48,402 nucleotides of DNA from Candidatus Saccharimonadota bacterium. GTDB taxonomy: Bacteria; Patescibacteriota; Saccharimonadia; Saccharimonadales; JACOTW01. Positions 44,001-48,402 of the stretch are shown piece after piece; within the stretch, counting starts at the first letter, position 1; each line of letters opens with the position of its first letter. The notes under the pieces were generated by a model. That model was not told the DNA's origin and searched no databases. It was given only the letters and a program-made list of their open reading frames with translations. The DNA lies in the NCBI GenBank assembly GCA_016178135.1, contig JACOTW010000003.1:66472-114873 (forward strand), in the 5' to 3' direction. The translations under genes and the position numbers were made by a program.

Positions 44001-44887
44001 TGCCACGTGTAGAAGAGATTTTCGAAGTTCGAACACCAAAAGGACAAGCATATTTGGCGGAGATTGCCGGTACAGTTAGTGCGCGGGAAGAAGGCGATCA
44101 TTATATTGTTCAAATTACCACTGACTCTGATGAAAAAGTTAAGCTTGAACTTGGCGAATGTAAAGTTCAGGTTGCCGATGACAGTGATGTATCCGTAGGC
44201 GATGTAGTAGCTACCGATGAGGATGGTGCTAATCCGCTAATTGCGCCGATTGCTGGACGAGTACACATTACCAATAAGGCTATACTGATTACGTCAACCA
44301 AACAAAGTGTAGCGCGCTACGAAATCCCTGGCTTTAAACAGCTAGTTGTCAAAGACGGAGATAGGGTTATTGCTGGACAACGCCTAACTAACGGCTCAAT
44401 CAATTTGCACGAACTGATGCGCTTGAGGGGAGTAGAAACTACCCAACGTTACATAATGAACGAAATTTTAAAGATATTTGCTTCTCAAGGACAAAATATT
44501 GCTGACAAGCATCTTGAGATTATTGTGCGTCAAATGTTTAGTCGTGTGCAAATCGATGACGCTGGAGATAGTGAATTTGTGACGGGTGATGTGATAAGCA
44601 AGCAGATTGTTATTGAGGCGAACGAGCAACTTATAGCTACCAAGAAAGCGCCGGCTAAGTTTAGTCAACTATTACTTGGTATCACTAAAGCTAGTCTTTC
44701 TACTGATTCCTTCTTGAGTGCCGCTTCTTTCCAGGACACCACCCGTGTGCTTATTGCTGCCGCCACAAGCGGTAAGGTTGATAAATTGTATGGATTGAAA
44801 GAAAACGTTATACTGGGTCGTCGTATTCCAGTTGGAACTGGTCTCCAGGCTAATCGCCGAACGACTGGCGTTGCGAAAGAAGAGTAA
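41084..44887 (+). CDS. rpoC: DNA-directed RNA polymerase subunit beta'
   Basis: NADFDGDQMAVH catalytic motif, zinc-binding N-terminal region, bridge helix and trigger loop blocks. One-nt overlap with the rpoB stop. Confidence 0.97.
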   Translation: MKHHSYGTDITDFDAVRLAVASPEDILEWSYGEVIKPETINYRTQKPERDGLFCERIFGPVKDINPHDAKYKGVRSREAAVDKNGEIVTKSIVRRERMGHINLAAPVAHIWFLRGTPSAIGLLLGMTVKNLERIAYFASYVIKTVNIDKRDKMLADKEAEFAAAKEAIKARYEKEAKAEDANVKALAEMQTKELDELSNEFDLVKIQLEGLEKFRLINETDYRALPDELQDLIEIGMGGAALKDLLNDIDLSQLIEELIKEADETKGQRKKKVMKRLRLLESMHRAGIKPTSMCLTVLPVIPPDLRPMVQLTGGRFATSDLNDLYRRVINRNNRLKKLIELNAPEVIRRNEQRMLQEAVDALVDNNNARSGRAVAATGQRRRLKSLSDMLKGKQGRFRQNLLGKRVDYSGRSVIVAGPELKIFQCGLPKMMALELFKPFVIGNLITGELAHNIRSATRMIEAGETAVWDALDEVIKNKYVLLNRAPSLHRLSIQAFQPILIEGKAIQLHPLVCKGFNADFDGDQMAVHLPLSDAAQAEAKDIMSSSMNLLKPADGSLILNIEQDIVLGCYYLTYDRPGQGKNLHIYSSLEEALMAYDNGIIKLQSLVRLPFRGETHETLLGRVLFNEVFPEDFPFQDEPMTKKRLSAVLALAYQKYGQAKTAEIADDLKDLGFEYATSSGLSMGMTDFAEIKGLDKIMQAGEKRAADISDQYDKGFITDEERYRLTIDTWMNADAEVQKTLKKQFLNEDSAMSIAAVSGARGNVGQVKNTVGLLGVVTDATGKAIELPIRSGYKQGLTPLEYFTATRGARKGMIDTALKTADSGYLTRRLVDVSQDVFTLDEKANDPGFSIFRDDAKEIGVSYASRLTGRFAADNIAKYVKKNELITGDIAQAIDADASLDGVKIMSVLSTTSVRGVSRKSYGIDPATGELVAEHHPVGVIAAQSIGEPGTQLTLRTFHGGGSAAADDITQGLPRVEEIFEVRTPKGQAYLAEIAGTVSAREEGDHYIVQITTDSDEKVKLELGECKVQVADDSDVSVGDVVATDEDGANPLIAPIAGRVHITNKAILITSTKQSVARYEIPGFKQLVVKDGDRVIAGQRLTNGSINLHELMRLRGVETTQRYIMNEILKIFASQGQNIADKHLEIIVRQMFSRVQIDDAGDSEFVTGDVISKQIVIEANEQLIATKKAPAKFSQLLLGITKASLSTDSFLSAASFQDTTRVLIAAATSGKVDKLYGLKENVILGRRIPVGTGLQANRRTTGVAKEE

Positions 44888-44984
44888 AACTGTTAGAATA
44901 GCAGAATAGTAAATTAAGTAATCTGAGCCGAACGTGCCTGGCATCCGTTTGCTGCAGTAGATTACATATTTAATAAGGAGTCTA

Positions 44985-45398
44985 ATGCCAACTATCAATC
45001 AACTTGTTCGTAAATCTCGTAAAGACGTGGTGACTAAATCTAAGTCGCCGGCTCTACAACGTGTAGTCAATAATCTTAAAACCAAAGTTTACGAAAAGCC
45101 AGCGCCATTTAAGCGTGGTGTTTGCATCAAAGTTACAACCAAAACGCCAAAAAAACCAAACTCGGCTCTGCGTAAAGTAGCGCGCGTAAGACTTGGTAAT
45201 GGTCAAGAAGTTTGGGCATATATTGGCGGCGAGGGGCATAATCTTCAGGAGCACGCTGTTGTGCTTGTTCGCGGTGGTCGAGTCAAGGATCTTCCTGGCG
45301 TACGTTACCATATTGTTCGTGGCTCATTGGACCTTCAGGGCGTAGCTAATCGCAAGCAAGGTCGCAGTAAGTATGGGACCAAAAAGGAGTCCAAATAA
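44985..45398 (+). CDS. rpsL: 30S ribosomal protein S12
   Basis: [41 protein letters not shown] lies 5 nt upstream. Confidence 0.97.
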   Translation: MPTINQLVRKSRKDVVTKSKSPALQRVVNNLKTKVYEKPAPFKRGVCIKVTTKTPKKPNSALRKVARVRLGNGQEVWAYIGGEGHNLQEHAVVLVRGGRVKDLPGVRYHIVRGSLDLQGVANRKQGRSKYGTKKESK

Positions 45399-45446
45399 TG
45401 ATTGAATTCCGCAATTCTCAATATTCCGCGACTGGAGGAGTTTTGG

Positions 45447-45926
45447 ATGCCTAGAAAAGTTACTAAATCGCTTGTTCGCGATATCAAACCCGATCGTTTA
45501 TACAACAGCGTTATGGTTCAAAGATTAATCAATCGTGTTATGTTGAACGGTAAAAAACAATTAGCCGAGCGGCTGGTTTATGGCGGTATGCAAAAAGCGG
45601 CTGACAAGCTGAAAGTCCAAAACCCTTTAGAAGTTTTCGATCAAGCAATGCGTAATATTCAGCCACATATGGAAACTCGCTCACGTCGTGTTGGTGGTGC
45701 TAATTATCAGATTCCGTTTGAGGTTAAGGGTCAGCGTCAGAATCATCTAACTATGATGTGGTTTGTGGCCGCTGCTCGTGGGCGCAAGGGTATGAGTATG
45801 GAAGATCGTTTAGCACTTGAATTACATGATGCTTACAATAATGCCGGTTCAGCAGTTAAGAAAAAAGAAGACACCCACAAGATGGCAGATGCCAACCGTG
45901 CCTTCGCTCACTTTGCAAGGTACTAA
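45447..45926 (+). CDS. rpsG: 30S ribosomal protein S7
   Basis: Start at MPRKV preceded by GGAGG. Also VEV..RRVGGANYQIP.EV and NRAFAHFR-type C-terminus. Confidence 0.95.
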   Translation: MPRKVTKSLVRDIKPDRLYNSVMVQRLINRVMLNGKKQLAERLVYGGMQKAADKLKVQNPLEVFDQAMRNIQPHMETRSRRVGGANYQIPFEVKGQRQNHLTMMWFVAAARGRKGMSMEDRLALELHDAYNNAGSAVKKKEDTHKMADANRAFAHFARY

Positions 45927-45928
45927 TC

Positions 45929-46291
45929 ATGAGTATCCGACAAGATGCGCGCGAGTTTGTTACGAATACGATTGAAGATATAATTGGTGGTGATGTCCCA
46001 GCAGGAGAGGCAAATAAAAATAATACGCTAAATACGAACCCTGATCATTTTCAACTCCACGAAACCATCACGCTTCCTGGGCCAAATCAGCTGGCTAAAA
46101 CCTCCTCTAAAGAAGAAGCTTTTATCTCATCTGAAGATAGACATGCTAGTTTACGTAATATCAGTATATGGGCTAGGCTTAAGTTAGCGTATCTGTTGAG
46201 GCTTGAAGAGCTTCTCACTCCCGAGCGTAAACTTCCGGCATTATTTGATGAAAGAAATAACTTGACAGGAATTGATCATAATGGCAGATAA
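45929..46291 (+). CDS. Orphan 120-aa ORF inserted between rpsG and fusA
   Basis: The ATG lies 2 nt after the rpsG stop (AAGG 8 nt upstream). Its stop overlaps the fusA start by 11 nt (ATGGCAGATAA). No homolog recognised. Confidence 0.55.
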   Translation: MSIRQDAREFVTNTIEDIIGGDVPAGEANKNNTLNTNPDHFQLHETITLPGPNQLAKTSSKEEAFISSEDRHASLRNISIWARLKLAYLLRLEELLTPERKLPALFDERNNLTGIDHNGR

Positions 46292-48368
46292 AAAAACTGA
46301 AATGAAGAACATCCGAAATCTAGGTATCATTGCACATATTGATGCCGGTAAAACCACCACCACGGAAGGTATTCTGTATCGGACTGGCTTGAGTCATAAA
46401 ATTGGTGCTGTACATGACGGTGAAACCACGACTGACTGGATGGCTCAAGAACGTGAACGAGGTATTACGATCGTAGCTGCCTCTGTTACTTGTTTTTGGA
46501 AGGGTAACCAAATTAATATCATAGATACGCCAGGGCACATTGACTTTACCGTTGAGGTAGAGCGTTCACTCCGTGTTCTTGATGGTGCATGTGTAGTGTT
46601 CGACGGCAAGATGGGGGTAGAAAGTCAGTCTGAAACTGTTTGGCGACAAGCCGATAAGTATGAAGTACCGCGCATCTGTTTTATTAACAAGATCAACCAA
46701 ACTGGCGGCGATTTCTACAAATCACTGGAATCTATTCATAATCGTTTGAGTAAACGTGCTTTTCCGGTACATTTACCAATCGGTTTTGAGCAATCTATCA
46801 ATGGCTTAGTTGATTTGGTCGAAATGAAAGCCTACACCTACAAGGAGTTTGCTGACAAACAATTAGTAGAAGCTGAAATACCGGCTGATATGATGGATCA
46901 GGTCAAAAAATACAGAAGCTTATTAATAGAAAATGCCGTTGCCGAAGACGAAATCATACTAGAAAGATATTTTGAAGTCGGTGAAGAGGGTTTAAGCGTT
47001 GATGAAATCAAGCAAGCTATTCGTACTGCTGTTCTGTCGGGCAAATTCTTTGCTGTAACTGGTGGCGATGGTCGGGGTGTTGTAGTTGAAAAAGTTCTGG
47101 ACATGGTCAATGATTATCTGCCAAGCCCATTGGATCGTGGCTCTACGTGGGGTACTCATCCAAAAAATGGCGATAAAGTTGAACGTCAGCCAAATGAAGA
47201 TCAGCCGTTCGCTGCACTGGCTTTTAAAATAACAACAGATCCGTTTGTGGGTAAATTAGCATATTTTCGCGTATATTCAGGAAAAATAGAAGCAGGCAGC
47301 TACATACTGAATAGTTCAACTGGTGAAAGAGAACGCGTTGGTCGTATCGTACGGCTCCAAGCCGATAAGCGTGCTGATGTTAGTGAGATTGGTGCTGGCG
47401 ATATTGCCGCAATAGTAGGGCTCAAGGGAACGACCACTGGACATACTTTGTGTGATCAGGGTAACCCAATCGTTCTGGAAAGTATTACGTTTCCTGAACC
47501 CCCAGTATCTATTGCTATTGAGCCAAAAACAAAAGCCGACCAAGAAAAGATGGGAATTGCGCTACAAAGGTTGGCAGAAGAAGACCCCACATTCCGTATT
47601 CGAGTTGATGATGAAACCGGACAAACCATCATTAGTGGGATGGGTGAACTGCATTTGGAAATTCTAGTTGATAGAATGAAGCGAGAGTTCAATGTCGAGG
47701 CGAATATTGGTCAGCCACAGGTTGCTTATCGTGAAACAATTCGCAAAGACGGCGTAGAAGTTCAGGGTAAGTTCATCCGCCAATCTGGCGGCCGTGGTCA
47801 ATATGGTGATGTGTGGTTGCGTTTATCCCAGAATGAGGCTGGCAAAGGCTTTGAATTCATCAATGCCATTAAAGGTGGCATAGTCCCAAGCGAATACATC
47901 AAACCCGTAGAAGAAGGCATTAAAGAGGCCATGAGTAACGGAGTAATGGCCGGTTATCCAGTAGTGGACATTAAGGCTGAATTATATGACGGTAGTTACC
48001 ATGATGTTGATTCCTCTGAAATGGCCTTCAAGATCGCTGGTTCTATGGCTTTGCAGGAAGGTGTGAAAAAGGCCAGCCCTGTAATTCTCGAACCGATAAT
48101 GAAAGTGGTCGTAGTTACGCCAGAAAGCTTCATGGGCGACGTTATCGGTGATTTGAACTCCAAGCGGGGCCGTATTGAATCAATGGAAGATTTACCTGGC
48201 GGTATTAAGGAGATAATGGCCTTTGTACCACTAGGAGAAATGTTTGGTTACACTACTAACTTGCGCAGTACAACTCAAGGTCGTGCCAGCTCGAGTATGG
48301 AGCTAGACCATTATGCCGATGTACCAAATAATGTTGCCGAAGCTATCATCGCCAAAGCTGGCAAATAA
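46281..48368 (+). CDS. fusA: Elongation factor G
   Basis: G1 AHIDAGKTT, G3 DTPGHIDF, G4 NKID-type (NKIN), domains II-V. Confidence 0.97.
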   Translation: MADKKTEMKNIRNLGIIAHIDAGKTTTTEGILYRTGLSHKIGAVHDGETTTDWMAQERERGITIVAASVTCFWKGNQINIIDTPGHIDFTVEVERSLRVLDGACVVFDGKMGVESQSETVWRQADKYEVPRICFINKINQTGGDFYKSLESIHNRLSKRAFPVHLPIGFEQSINGLVDLVEMKAYTYKEFADKQLVEAEIPADMMDQVKKYRSLLIENAVAEDEIILERYFEVGEEGLSVDEIKQAIRTAVLSGKFFAVTGGDGRGVVVEKVLDMVNDYLPSPLDRGSTWGTHPKNGDKVERQPNEDQPFAALAFKITTDPFVGKLAYFRVYSGKIEAGSYILNSSTGERERVGRIVRLQADKRADVSEIGAGDIAAIVGLKGTTTGHTLCDQGNPIVLESITFPEPPVSIAIEPKTKADQEKMGIALQRLAEEDPTFRIRVDDETGQTIISGMGELHLEILVDRMKREFNVEANIGQPQVAYRETIRKDGVEVQGKFIRQSGGRGQYGDVWLRLSQNEAGKGFEFINAIKGGIVPSEYIKPVEEGIKEAMSNGVMAGYPVVDIKAELYDGSYHDVDSSEMAFKIAGSMALQEGVKKASPVILEPIMKVVVVTPESFMGDVIGDLNSKRGRIESMEDLPGGIKEIMAFVPLGEMFGYTTNLRSTTQGRASSSMELDHYADVPNNVAEAIIAKAGK

Positions 48369-48402
48369 AACCGCTACGTAACTCAACAGGACTTACGCAA
48401 AG

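Noticed and set aside
178-44998. About 60 antisense or out-of-frame ORFs (60-170 aa) nested within dnaE, recG, the PBP gene, pepN, radA, nusA, clpC, hisS, tig, rpoB, rpoC, fusA and others.
   Set aside because: Each lies wholly inside a longer, motif-supported gene on another frame or strand. They are typical shadow ORFs.
45402-45446. The longer rpsG start (MNSAILNIPRLEEFW).
   Set aside because: GGAGG lies just upstream of ATG 45447, and S7 proteins begin MPR(K/R). The extension is the rpsL-rpsG spacer read in frame.

Overview
This 48.4-kb window holds mostly housekeeping genes of a compact bacterial genome. They are dnaE (5'-truncated by the window edge), a CAP-domain protein, a SpoU/TrmH methyltransferase, a PilB/GspE ATPase, malic enzyme, recG, rsmD, tRNA-Leu(UAG), rplS, tyrS, a class A PBP, pepN, yraN-rnhB, radA, nusA, clpC, hisS, tig, clpP, rpoB-rpoC and rpsL-rpsG-[orphan ORF]-fusA. 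The gene content, tight overlaps and leaderless-looking starts would fit a reduced Patescibacteria/Saccharibacteria-like organism, but that is inference only. I recognised no rRNA, CRISPR array, cas gene, transposase, integrase or reverse transcriptase.

The unusual part is the non-coding fraction. Almost every intergenic spacer is a mosaic of a few short repeat modules.
- Family A is a 167-bp element with 23-bp terminal inverted repeats, present in six copies. Its two subfamilies keep internal hairpins paired through compensatory substitutions.
- Family B is a roughly 160-bp MITE-like element (TIR CTGGACCTGTCGCAAAATC). All three intact copies carry 4-bp direct target duplications, and there are many half or fragment copies.
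- Motif C is a roughly 24-nt promoter-proximal motif (CAATGGAAAAGTGCGAAACTCGTG). It sits directly upstream of -10-like hexamers, often only 6-7 nt before the ATG.

Repeat copies are embedded in frame in coding sequence: pepN, the recG 5' end, the CAP-protein 3' end, and the hypothetical ORF 36369-37127. Three accessory-looking cassettes are bracketed by repeats. One is a D-2-hydroxyacid dehydrogenase plus D-amino-acid-oxidase pair between 127-bp inverted repeats, next to a tRNA-Leu whose 5' half is duplicated.

Other points are CIRCE-like operators overlapping the clpC and clpP promoters, an orphan 120-aa ORF wedged between rpsG and fusA, and a 21-nt x4 tandem repeat in a small coiled-coil ORF. 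All calls come from reading the sequence and the ORF translations. No database search was run.
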